Source: an uncultured virus (IMG/VR IMGVR_UViG_3300044490_000560) (Duplodnaviria > Heunggongvirae > Uroviricota > Caudoviricetes). Taken from it: 64,000 bases of DNA. The translations under genes and the position numbers were made by a program. Shown piece by piece: positions 56,369 to 64,000 of the stretch. The notes beneath the pieces are model-generated. The model searched no databases. It saw only the letters and a program-made list of their open reading frames with translations, and had not been told where the DNA came from. Position 1 is the stretch's first letter. The number at the start of each line of letters is the position of its first letter. The stretch lies in the IMG/VR virus record IMGVR_UViG_3300044490_000560. The stretch is one strand, 5' to 3'.

Positions 56369-57358
56369 CTACACGTCAGAGTACTGCGACGAAACCGCGG
56401 CCTGCGCCTCCGCCTCGGCCAGCCGGTTGACCACCACCAGCGTCTGGCGCTCCCCTTCCGTATCCTCGCGCCGAATCAACGCCAGCTCCGCGCGGTTCCG
56501 GAAATCGTCCGCGGCCTTGATCTCGCCCGCGTCCATGTTCCACATCGCCTGCATCATGTACTGGACGGCCGTCAGCGAGTCGAGCGGAAGCACGTCGTCG
56601 TCTTCCACTAGCGGCAAAAACCGAACCGCCACTTCCGCCAGCAGCCGATACGTCTTGTCAGCCGTCGCCGTATCGAACCCCGGCAGGCGGTAGCGAGTGA
56701 ACTCGGGGAACTGCTGCCCTGGATGGACGACGGCCAGCAGCTGCGCCGACGTGGCCCCGACGCTGAACAGGTACAGGTGGCCCGTCGCATCATCCGGCGT
56801 CGTGATGTTGTCCACCAGCGCGAAACTGTCCGTCGTCTTGGAAATCGACGCCCAATCGATGGACGCCAGGTCGGATGGGCCGGCCCACGTCGTGATCGGC
56901 ACGTCGTCCTCGATGATCGTCTCGCCGTTCCCGTTCCGGCCCTTGACGACGAACTTGGCTGTCGGAGCGGCCGTACTCAGCACCGCCAGAGGCCGTACGT
57001 CGGTCGGATCGACCATGGTCGCAAACACGCCCAGCCGCTGGATGCCGAACACAGGAGCGAGGCCAGGCGTCTGAAAGTCCAAGTCCCCGGGGCCGGCATG
57101 GAGAAACTCGTAATCCGTTCCGTGGATCGACACCGGCTGGCTGTCGATCGCCGCGCGAATAATCGCCCCGCAATCCTCGGGCAGGCCGAACTCTTCCGAA
57201 GTCACCTGCAGCCGCACCACCTTCCGCAACCGCTGCCAGTTTCTCAGGTGCGACAGCTCGTCCAAGGCTGTATTGACCGTCAGCCCGATGTCGGCCAACC
57301 CATACCCGCTCGCGAACCGAGACAGCGTGTCTTTCGCCTGCTTGAACGTGTACCGCAT
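56369..57358 (-). CDS. probable head-tail adaptor / tail tubular protein A
   Basis: Directly downstream of capsid gene; N-terminal TF..AK...VNxALxEL...W pattern; TAAGGAGG RBS. Confidence 0.6.
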   Translation of the reverse strand: MRYTFKQAKDTLSRFASGYGLADIGLTVNTALDELSHLRNWQRLRKVVRLQVTSEEFGLPEDCGAIIRAAIDSQPVSIHGTDYEFLHAGPGDLDFQTPGLAPVFGIQRLGVFATMVDPTDVRPLAVLSTAAPTAKFVVKGRNGNGETIIEDDVPITTWAGPSDLASIDWASISKTTDSFALVDNITTPDDATGHLYLFSVGATSAQLLAVVHPGQQFPEFTRYRLPGFDTATADKTYRLLAEVAVRFLPLVEDDDVLPLDSLTAVQYMMQAMWNMDAGEIKAADDFRNRAELALIRREDTEGERQTLVVVNRLAEAEAQAAVSSQYSDV

Positions 57359-57370
57359 TGGCCCCTCCTT

Positions 57371-57407
57371 ACAAAAACGGCCCGCCGCCGAAGCGGCGGC
57401 GGGCCGT
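57371..57407 (-). terminator. intrinsic terminator after capsid gene
   Basis: - strand ACGGCCCGCCGCCG-CTT-CGGCGGCGGGCCGT followed by TTTT. Confidence 0.9.
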
Positions 57408-57424
57408 ATCGATGCACGCCGCGG

Positions 57425-59218
57425 TTACACCACCGCAACGCTGTCCAGGACCAGGGACGTCACCGTCTCGCCGGTCTTGTACTTGAGCACGCCATCCTCG
57501 ACGTAGTAGCCCGCGCTTCCCACGGCCACGATGTCCATCACGCCAGAGGCGGTAATGAAGATCGTGTAGGTCGGCGCGGCGCTCGTCTTGGTGAGGTACC
57601 CTTCCACCACGACGTCTTCCGCCAGGCCCGAGAACGTCGCTTGGACCGTCTTGCCGGGCGGCGCCTCCTGCAGCTTCTTCTCGAGCACCGCAGTCAGCGT
57701 GAACGTGTCAGCGCTCGTGTCGGCGCCGGAGGCCGTGTAGTCCGCGGCGTCGGCGCTTCCACCCTGCGCGATGTCCGGGTTGACGTCGGCGTTGTCCACC
57801 GGGCAACGCGAACGAATCGACTCCGTGCACCGGCGGTACAGCAGCGCCGTGGAGAAGACCACGTGCGGCTCGACCTTCGGCCAGATCCGGAACTCGCCGG
57901 CGAAGTTACCAATCTTCCCGTGCGGGTTCGTGGTGCGGTCGAGGATGTTGATCCAGGACCACTGGCCGTTGAGACCGAGCTGCGGCCCGAAGGAGGTCCC
58001 GCTGCCGAGCGTCGACAGATCCGAACCCATCAGGTTCGTGAAGACGTCCTTCAGCTGGATCGGCGCGACCGCCAGTTCGGCGGTGCCGTACTCCGGGTTC
58101 CACTCGGGGATCTGCTGGCCGTTCTCGCCCGTCCGGCCGGCGATCAGCGGGTCGACCGCCTGCGCGATCATCACCGTCTCGCCGTCCAGGTCCGACGCCA
58201 CGCCGCCGTAGTCGTCGCTGTCGTAGTCCGACACGACCTTGGCGATCTTGAACCGCAGCTGGTTGCCGTCGAAGGGCAGCGCCCAGTCACGGTGGGACCG
58301 CACGTCGGTCACGCCGGAGATCAGCTTCGAAGCCGCGGCTTCGCGCCAGTTGGCCAGCTCGTAGGTGTTCCCCTTGATGAACCGCTCGAAGTCGAACTTC
58401 GAGATCGGCAGACCGAACAACGGCGAGCCGCCGTTGCTTCCGATCGCCGCCCCGCGGCACGACACCTCGAAGTCCTGGTGCAGCATGTCCAGAACGTCGA
58501 AGTTGAGCATCTCGATTTCCGTCCCGGCCTTCCACACGATGAAAGGCTTCGTGATGCCCGTCGCCGGCGCCACTTCGCCGGAGCCATTGCCGAACTTCAC
58601 GAACGGGTCGTAGTAGAACTTCGGCGCGCTCGCGTTGCCCAGGTACTCCGAGGTCATCAGGTACCCGCGGTCGGCGTCGATCGCCGTCTTGATCAGCATG
58701 TCGCGGTTCCAGACTTCCTGCATGCCGATGCCGTAGTTGGCACCAACCTGCAGAATCCACGCCAGCTGTTCGATGCCCTGCGGCGTGTACTGGATGGAGT
58801 CGACGCAGATCGGATCCGAGCCCCAGTAGGCCACCTTGCCGGACCACTGGAAACGCTCCCAGGCGTACGACACCGTGTTGTAGGCGCCGCGCACGCAGGG
58901 GTTGTTGCCGGAGGTCGGGTTCGGATTGATGTCGGCCCACTCGTCGAGGCCCGCGTACTTCTGCAGGCCGCCACGGAAGACGCGCGTCTCGTGGGTCGTG
59001 CCGGAGAAGTTCGGGAAGACGCCGCGTCGGATCACGTTGTACCAGTGGCGCGGGCTCTCGATGAGCGCGGCCTGGATGAACGGATCGAAGTACTCGGCGT
59101 ACTTCATCATCACCTGGTTGAACGCGGTGACCGCCTGGTTCACCGTGCTGGTGTACACGCCAGGAATTACGGCGTTGGCGCCGACCTGGACGTTCAGGGT
59201 GTTGTTCGGGGAGAGCAT
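57425..59218 (-). CDS. major capsid protein (597 aa, likely with C-terminal beta-rich extension)
   Basis: Follows scaffold; own promoter and terminator; extreme GC3 codon bias. Confidence 0.75.
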   Translation of the reverse strand: MLSPNNTLNVQVGANAVIPGVYTSTVNQAVTAFNQVMMKYAEYFDPFIQAALIESPRHWYNVIRRGVFPNFSGTTHETRVFRGGLQKYAGLDEWADINPNPTSGNNPCVRGAYNTVSYAWERFQWSGKVAYWGSDPICVDSIQYTPQGIEQLAWILQVGANYGIGMQEVWNRDMLIKTAIDADRGYLMTSEYLGNASAPKFYYDPFVKFGNGSGEVAPATGITKPFIVWKAGTEIEMLNFDVLDMLHQDFEVSCRGAAIGSNGGSPLFGLPISKFDFERFIKGNTYELANWREAAASKLISGVTDVRSHRDWALPFDGNQLRFKIAKVVSDYDSDDYGGVASDLDGETVMIAQAVDPLIAGRTGENGQQIPEWNPEYGTAELAVAPIQLKDVFTNLMGSDLSTLGSGTSFGPQLGLNGQWSWINILDRTTNPHGKIGNFAGEFRIWPKVEPHVVFSTALLYRRCTESIRSRCPVDNADVNPDIAQGGSADAADYTASGADTSADTFTLTAVLEKKLQEAPPGKTVQATFSGLAEDVVVEGYLTKTSAAPTYTIFITASGVMDIVAVGSAGYYVEDGVLKYKTGETVTSLVLDSVAVV

Positions 59219-59371
59219 GGGTCACGTCCTTTGCCGTCAACGACGGCTGTAACAGCATTGCGATCAAGCACGGGCCGCTACGTGCGTCCCACCGCCGACC
59301 GGGCTGTCGGAATAGACCCGAAGGTTCGCGGGAAGGGTCGCGAGCAACTACACCTTCCACCAACACCGCGC

Positions 59372-59400
59372 ATCATAACACACGGGGGTGGAAGGTGCAA
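59372..59400 (-). promoter_or_regulatory. strong sigma70-type promoter of capsid gene
   Basis: TTGCAC-17-TATGAT with extended TGn. Confidence 0.75.
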
Positions 59401-59418
59401 GGGCTATTTTCGCCGGAC

Positions 59419-60771
59419 TTACGACGGCTGCGCCGCGCGCCGTCCCTGCTCGAGGGCCGACAGCGCTCCAGCGGCGGCCCGCTGCGCCACTTCCGACGCG
59501 GTCATCGGCTCAGCCGGAGCCTGGGGCGCTGCCGGGACCGGCGTGACGGGTGCAGTCGGGAACGACGGGAACATCGGCACGTTCCGTGCCTGCGTGTATG
59601 CCCGCACTTGCGCCTCCAGGGCGACGATCCGCTCCTGCTGTTCGCCGATCGTCTGGTAGAGCAGCGGCGCCCCGAACCCCTCAGCGGCGGCTCGGGCCAG
59701 CTGTTCCGGCGTGGCGATCTGCATGAACCCCTGGAAGGCCGTCTCCAGCTCCTGCGCCTGCTGGACACCCGCGGCGTCCGACGTCGTAAACAACGGGTTG
59801 CCGGCCGCACGAGCCGCGGCCAACGCCTCCGTTGCGATCCGACGACGGTCTTCGGCGGTTCGCAGGACCTCGGTCCGCGCGGCCTCCACACCAATCGCCG
59901 CCGCGGTCTGCCGCCAGTTCTTCAGCTCCAGCGCCCGCTGCTCGGCCAGCGCGGCTGCGTTTGAGGCCGCCAGCGTCACCGCCCCTTGGACCGATGGGTG
60001 CAGATCGGCGACCGCCTCGGCCAGCCGGTCCGTCGGAAGGGCCAACAGTTCCTTGGCGCGCGTCTCGGCCTTCTGCGGGTCCGAGCCGCTGAACCGAACC
60101 AAGAGTTGGGCCACCTGCGCCTGCAGCTCGCCCGCTTTCGCCGTGTAACGGGCCTGGAACTCGGGACTTTCCTCCAGACTGAGGCGGCCGACCTTCTCCT
60201 GCAGATCCGCCTTGTCTTTGGTCGCCTGCTGGAGCTGCGCCACAACCTCGCTGTGCTGCTGGGCCAGCGTCTGCCGGGCCGTTTCCGCGGCGGCGGCGCG
60301 CTCATCCGCGGCACGCACCTGCCGGGTCAGCACACTGTTATTGTGACGCAGCTGCGCAAACGCGTAGGCCCCCTTGTCGGGCGTCCCGTCCGCATTCCGA
60401 AACGCAGCGGGATCCGGAGGGGGGACATCCGCCGGCGGCGCGGGCGGTGCGGCGGGTGGGGTGGCTTGCCCGGGAGGGGCCGTGAACCGATCGGCGAGCT
60501 TACTGATGTCCACCGGCGCGGGCGCGGCGGGCGCGGCGGGCGCGGTGGGCGCGGGCGCGGTGGGCGCGGGCGCGGTGGGCGCGGGCGCGGTGGGCGCGGG
60601 CGCGGTGGGCGCGGGCGCGGCGGGCGCGACGGGTGCGGCGGGCACGACGGGTGCGGCGGGCGCGGCAGGCTCAAGCCCCGATTGCAGACCCCGTAGCACC
60701 GTCTCGGCGGCTGAACGCGCGTGAACGGCGGCGGCTCCTGTGGCGGTCGCCCTGACTGTCTCTTCGCTCAT
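59419..60771 (-). CDS. probable capsid scaffolding protein
   Basis: Pro/Ala-rich N-terminus, AFAQLR motif then coiled coil; directly upstream of MCP; GAGGAG RBS. Confidence 0.7.
   Translation of the reverse strand: MSEETVRATATGAAAVHARSAAETVLRGLQSGLEPAAPAAPVVPAAPVAPAAPAPTAPAPTAPAPTAPAPTAPAPTAPAAPAAPAPVDISKLADRFTAPPGQATPPAAPPAPPADVPPPDPAAFRNADGTPDKGAYAFAQLRHNNSVLTRQVRAADERAAAAETARQTLAQQHSEVVAQLQQATKDKADLQEKVGRLSLEESPEFQARYTAKAGELQAQVAQLLVRFSGSDPQKAETRAKELLALPTDRLAEAVADLHPSVQGAVTLAASNAAALAEQRALELKNWRQTAAAIGVEAARTEVLRTAEDRRRIATEALAAARAAGNPLFTTSDAAGVQQAQELETAFQGFMQIATPEQLARAAAEGFGAPLLYQTIGEQQERIVALEAQVRAYTQARNVPMFPSFPTAPVTPVPAAPQAPAEPMTASEVAQRAAAGALSALEQGRRAAQPS
60515..60666. repeat. G-rich tandem repeats (GGCGCGGGCGCGGTG units) encoding PTAPA/PAA
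   Basis: Directly visible. Confidence 0.9.
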
Positions 60772-60807
60772 GACTCACTCCTCCCCTGTTTCGTCGCGTC
60801 GACCCGG

Positions 60808-61197
60808 TTAACTGCCGGTGTCTCCGTCCGGAGGCACAGGATACGGCGTGTCCGGTTTGGCCGGCGCAACACTGCCGGGGGCGGCAGAGAATAGTTCGGG
60901 GAACAACGTCGTAGGGTCGTCCAGCACCTGAGAGGCCAGCGCCAATCCGGACGACACTCCATACTGTAGCGCGATGTCGTCGTGTTCCAGGTACATGGCT
61001 GGCGGAACGACGCCCATCTCCCGCAAGACGTCCAGCAGCAGGACCGTCGTGGGGTTCTGGCGCCACTCCACGAACGTCCCGCGCGACTCCATCGTCGAGA
61101 ACCGAAGCCGAAGCTCGTCCAGCGCACTCCCCAACGCGTTCCGGCGGTTTCGCACCACCGCCAGCCGTTTCTTCGCCGGGGTCACTTTACCAGCCAT
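60808..61197 (-). CDS. hypothetical head-module protein
   Basis: AAGG RBS; lies between portal and scaffold. Confidence 0.65.
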   Translation of the reverse strand: MAGKVTPAKKRLAVVRNRRNALGSALDELRLRFSTMESRGTFVEWRQNPTTVLLLDVLREMGVVPPAMYLEHDDIALQYGVSSGLALASQVLDDPTTLFPELFSAAPGSVAPAKPDTPYPVPPDGDTGS

Positions 61198-61224
61198 TCC
61201 TTGCCTTCCCTTCCGCTGTGAGCA

Positions 61225-61254
61225 GGCCCGAGAGGATTAGCGTCCTCTCGGGCC
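61225..61254. terminator. 12-bp perfect hairpin downstream of secreted-protein gene
   Basis: GGCCCGAGAGGA-TTAGCG-TCCTCTCGGGCC; no clear U-tract. Confidence 0.5.
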
Positions 61255-61286
61255 GTGCAGCCATGGTCGAAACGAAGCTCGTACCG

Positions 61287-61877
61287 CTACCACTGCCACG
61301 CCGTCAGCGTGCACGTGTTGGTGCCATCCTTGTAGGCGTAGAGGGCACCTTGGTAGCCGTCGAAGGTGGTCACGTCGTTTGCCGTGGCCGAGTAGGACCA
61401 GAAGTTCACACCGCCGCCGTCGGTCAGAACGACCGAACATGCGGCGCTGCCTCCGATCGCCACCTGGAGCGGCACACGACTGCGTGCGGCCGGCATTCGC
61501 ATCCAATACACCGACCCGTCGATCGCCGATCGGCCAGACGTTGGGACGGTAATCGGCTGGACCACCGTAGTCGTGTTGGTTGTGACCACGCCCAGACCGT
61601 TGGTCCTGACCGTCACCGTGACCACCGTCGCGGTCGTCACGATGCCCGAGCACGTTGCCACGCACGGCACCGTGCCGATCAGGAACCGGTCGCCAACCGC
61701 CACGGCGAGGTTCGTCGTCCGGGTCAACAGCTGCGCGCGACTCGCGCCACTGAAGACCGGCGGAACCACAATCGCGCCGTACGGAGCCCCGGCGTTCGTC
61801 GCCGTGATCGCGTTTGTCCACGCCTGCGCCACCGTGGCCAGGCTCACCGCCACCATCGCCAGTACCGACCGCTTCAT
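61287..61877 (-). CDS. signal-peptide-bearing, Thr/Val-rich beta protein
   Basis: AAGGAGG RBS; MKRSVLAMVAVSLATVAQA-W Sec signal with AxA site. Confidence 0.75.
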   Translation of the reverse strand: MKRSVLAMVAVSLATVAQAWTNAITATNAGAPYGAIVVPPVFSGASRAQLLTRTTNLAVAVGDRFLIGTVPCVATCSGIVTTATVVTVTVRTNGLGVVTTNTTTVVQPITVPTSGRSAIDGSVYWMRMPAARSRVPLQVAIGGSAACSVVLTDGGGVNFWSYSATANDVTTFDGYQGALYAYKDGTNTCTLTAWQW

Positions 61878-61911
61878 GATCGAATCCTCCTTCGTTGATG
61901 AAGTTGACAAC

Positions 61912-61940
61912 AGGTTAACACACAGCCGTTCCCGTGACAA
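61912..61940 (-). promoter_or_regulatory. sigma70-type promoter
   Basis: TTGTCA-17-TAACCT with extended TGn; shares GTGTGT before the -10 with the capsid promoter. Confidence 0.65.
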
Positions 61941-61948
61941 GGGGAATT

Positions 61949-64000
61949 TTACATCGCTCCCGGAGACTCCAAACCGACCCCCATTTCCCCTCCGCCACCA
62001 AGGGCATCCGTCGACGGCGTCGTCTGCCCCACGCTACGACTCGCGGCCACCAGCGACCGGTACCGCGCCGACAACCGCTGGATCTCCGCCTGCGTCCGCG
62101 CCCGGAACGCTCCGATCTGGGCGTTCGACGTCTCAGCCGCCATGCGGGCCTCGTGCATCTTATCGACCTTGTACATTTGCACGGCAGCCTGGTTGTCCGC
62201 CTCGTGCATTTGCACGGCAGCCTTGGTCTGATCGGCGGCATCCCGCAACTTCTGCTGCTCGGCGGCCTGCGCCTGGGCCTGCGCCTCGCGCTGCCGTTCC
62301 GCCGTCTGCACCATCATGGTCAAGGCCTGCGCCACCGGCCGCAAGCTCCGCAGGGACGCCAGCGCCTGCTTGGCCTCCTGTTCCTTGCCGATCTGCCGGC
62401 CGCCGGCCTCGATGTGGGTCTGGACGTGCTCCGAGACCAGCTGGAACGTCTTGAACATTGTCTCCGGATCCGGCACGTTGCCGCTCTCGACAGCATCCTT
62501 GATCTGCGTCAACAGCTGCGCGTGAACCGGCACGTGCGACCAGTGCAACTGGTCGTAGCCGACGAGCGTCGCGGAGCCTTCCATCATGTCGTTGTTCTCG
62601 ATCACCGCATGCGAAGCCGCGTCCGTGGGCATCTGATCACGCCCGATCACCGGCCGGTACCGCAACGCCGCCGCGGCGCCCGCGCGGGCCCGGATATAGT
62701 CGTGCGTGGCGTGCACCCGCCCCATTTCATCCAGGTTGCCACCGAGCTCCAGCACGTTGGCCAGGATCCCCGCCTTGACCTCCGCGCCGCCATTCACCAA
62801 GTCGCGGCACATATACACCGTGAAGAGCTCGGGGATCTGCTGCAAGTGCTTCTTCGTCACCCCACGGCGCTCACAACGCCGCAGGAACTCCGTCACGCCC
62901 GGGTACCGGGCCTGCGTCTCCGGCGGCTGATCCAACACCAACGCCAGGAACCGGCGGAAACATTCACGAAACAGCGCATCCATGACAGTTGAGCGCAAAA
63001 CAAACAGGGCCTGTTCGGCTTTTGCGCCGGCCGACGCCTCGAGCTGCACCTGCTCTTTCGTCTTGCGATCCGCGCCGGCGTACACCCGCTCCGCCACGGC
63101 CGACACGCCGCTGGCCCCGAGCGCGTTGTTCGTCGCCGTGCGACTGATCATCTCGTTCACGGCCGCCAGCTGCTGGAAGTCGGGGTCCACGCGCGCCGAC
63201 ACCGGCTTCACGCCGCCCGTGAAGAGCGTGTACCGACCCTGCTCCACGATCGTGTTCTTCAGGCTCTCGCCCACCGTCGGGCCTTCCAGCCGCACCGACG
63301 CCGCGCTCGCCACCGCATCCATGAGCCGACAGAAGTTCCGGTTGCGCAGATCCTCGAACGGCATCAGCTTCGAGGCCACGCCGCGCAACCCGCGCGCGTG
63401 CCGCTCCGTCACCGAGTAGGGTAGCCACATCACGCACTGGTCCATGGAGTCGTACGCCTGGGGCCGCAGAAACAGGAACTCCACGGGCGTCCCCTTCGCC
63501 GGCACCATGTAGTGCGACACCTTCTGCGGGGCCGCCACTTCCCGGACAAAGGCGTTGATCACCGTGACCTTCTCGAACTGCCGCGTCTCGTACGCGCGGT
63601 TCTGCCGCGCCAACGCCAGGCGCGCCTCTTCGACCGAGGTCTCGGTCGAATTCCCCGCCTGCGACTCCGGCGACTCCCTGGACAGGAAGATGTCCGTCAG
63701 CAACTGCCGCACCGCCGACAGGTTCCAGCCGGCCGCCGCCGCGGCGTCCGGATAGTCCAGCAGCCCTACCAGATAGGCCGCCGGCAGCGGGGTCTCCACG
63801 AAGATCAGCTCGTTGTCCACGCTGAGGGCCGGCGCGTCGGACGGGAACTTCACCTGCCCGCGCTCCAACGCCACCAACTGGAAGTCCGTCGCATCACGCC
63901 AGGTAACCGGGCCGAGCCCGTACAGCTCCGCCTCCCGCACCATCATGGCGACCGCAGGCAGGAAACTCCGCCCTTCGCGCAGCACCGTCGAGAACTCTTC
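61949..64000 (-). CDS. portal protein (5' end beyond window)
   Basis: >678 aa, upstream of scaffold/MCP; DxxHxxHxxxH segment and Gln/Ala coiled-coil C-terminus as in podovirus portals. Confidence 0.7.
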   Translation of the reverse strand, partial: EEFSTVLREGRSFLPAVAMMVREAELYGLGPVTWRDATDFQLVALERGQVKFPSDAPALSVDNELIFVETPLPAAYLVGLLDYPDAAAAAGWNLSAVRQLLTDIFLSRESPESQAGNSTETSVEEARLALARQNRAYETRQFEKVTVINAFVREVAAPQKVSHYMVPAKGTPVEFLFLRPQAYDSMDQCVMWLPYSVTERHARGLRGVASKLMPFEDLRNRNFCRLMDAVASAASVRLEGPTVGESLKNTIVEQGRYTLFTGGVKPVSARVDPDFQQLAAVNEMISRTATNNALGASGVSAVAERVYAGADRKTKEQVQLEASAGAKAEQALFVLRSTVMDALFRECFRRFLALVLDQPPETQARYPGVTEFLRRCERRGVTKKHLQQIPELFTVYMCRDLVNGGAEVKAGILANVLELGGNLDEMGRVHATHDYIRARAGAAAALRYRPVIGRDQMPTDAASHAVIENNDMMEGSATLVGYDQLHWSHVPVHAQLLTQIKDAVESGNVPDPETMFKTFQLVSEHVQTHIEAGGRQIGKEQEAKQALASLRSLRPVAQALTMMVQTAERQREAQAQAQAAEQQKLRDAADQTKAAVQMHEADNQAAVQMYKVDKMHEARMAAETSNAQIGAFRARTQAEIQRLSARYRSLVAASRSVGQTTPSTDALGGGGEMGVGLESPGAM

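Noticed and set aside
56723..59659. 978-aa + strand ORF (and similar long antisense ORFs such as 42489..44807, 52762..55026, 22535..24706, 12707..14581)
   Set aside because: Shadow ORFs opposite GC3-biased real genes; Arg/Gly-rich, with no RBS or motifs.
1..64000. Stop-codon reassignment
   Set aside because: Standard code gives dense, coupled, full-length genes using all three stop codons, including a 17.6-kb ORF.

Overview
The window is one contiguous stretch of a high-GC dsDNA tailed phage with podovirus-like organisation. No host housekeeping genes and no integrase are visible. There are two converging arms. The + strand (1 to ~33.4 kb) carries many small early genes, a complete tmRNA with its own sigma70-type promoter, and a replication/nucleotide module: SF2 helicase, Cas4-like PD-(D/E)XK nuclease, probable SSB, family A DNA polymerase, RuvC-like resolvase, C5 methyltransferase, PAPS-reductase-like protein, Gp88-like Fe-S protein, HD hydrolase and a DUF5664-like dNTP diphosphohydrolase. 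A primase-SF3 helicase gene lies inverted inside this arm. The - strand (64 kb to 33.3 kb) carries the virion module: portal (partial), scaffold, major capsid, adaptor, internal virion proteins, a 5856-aa giant protein and a lysozyme-like protein. The main finding is the giant protein. It shows the ordered motifs of a single-chain two-barrel RNA polymerase (conserved-looking lysines, then RxP, then DRDGD) and an embedded, compositionally distinct NADAR-like domain. It is therefore a candidate injected virion RNA polymerase fused to an anti-ADP-ribosylation module. All product calls come from motif recognition by eye; no database search was run.
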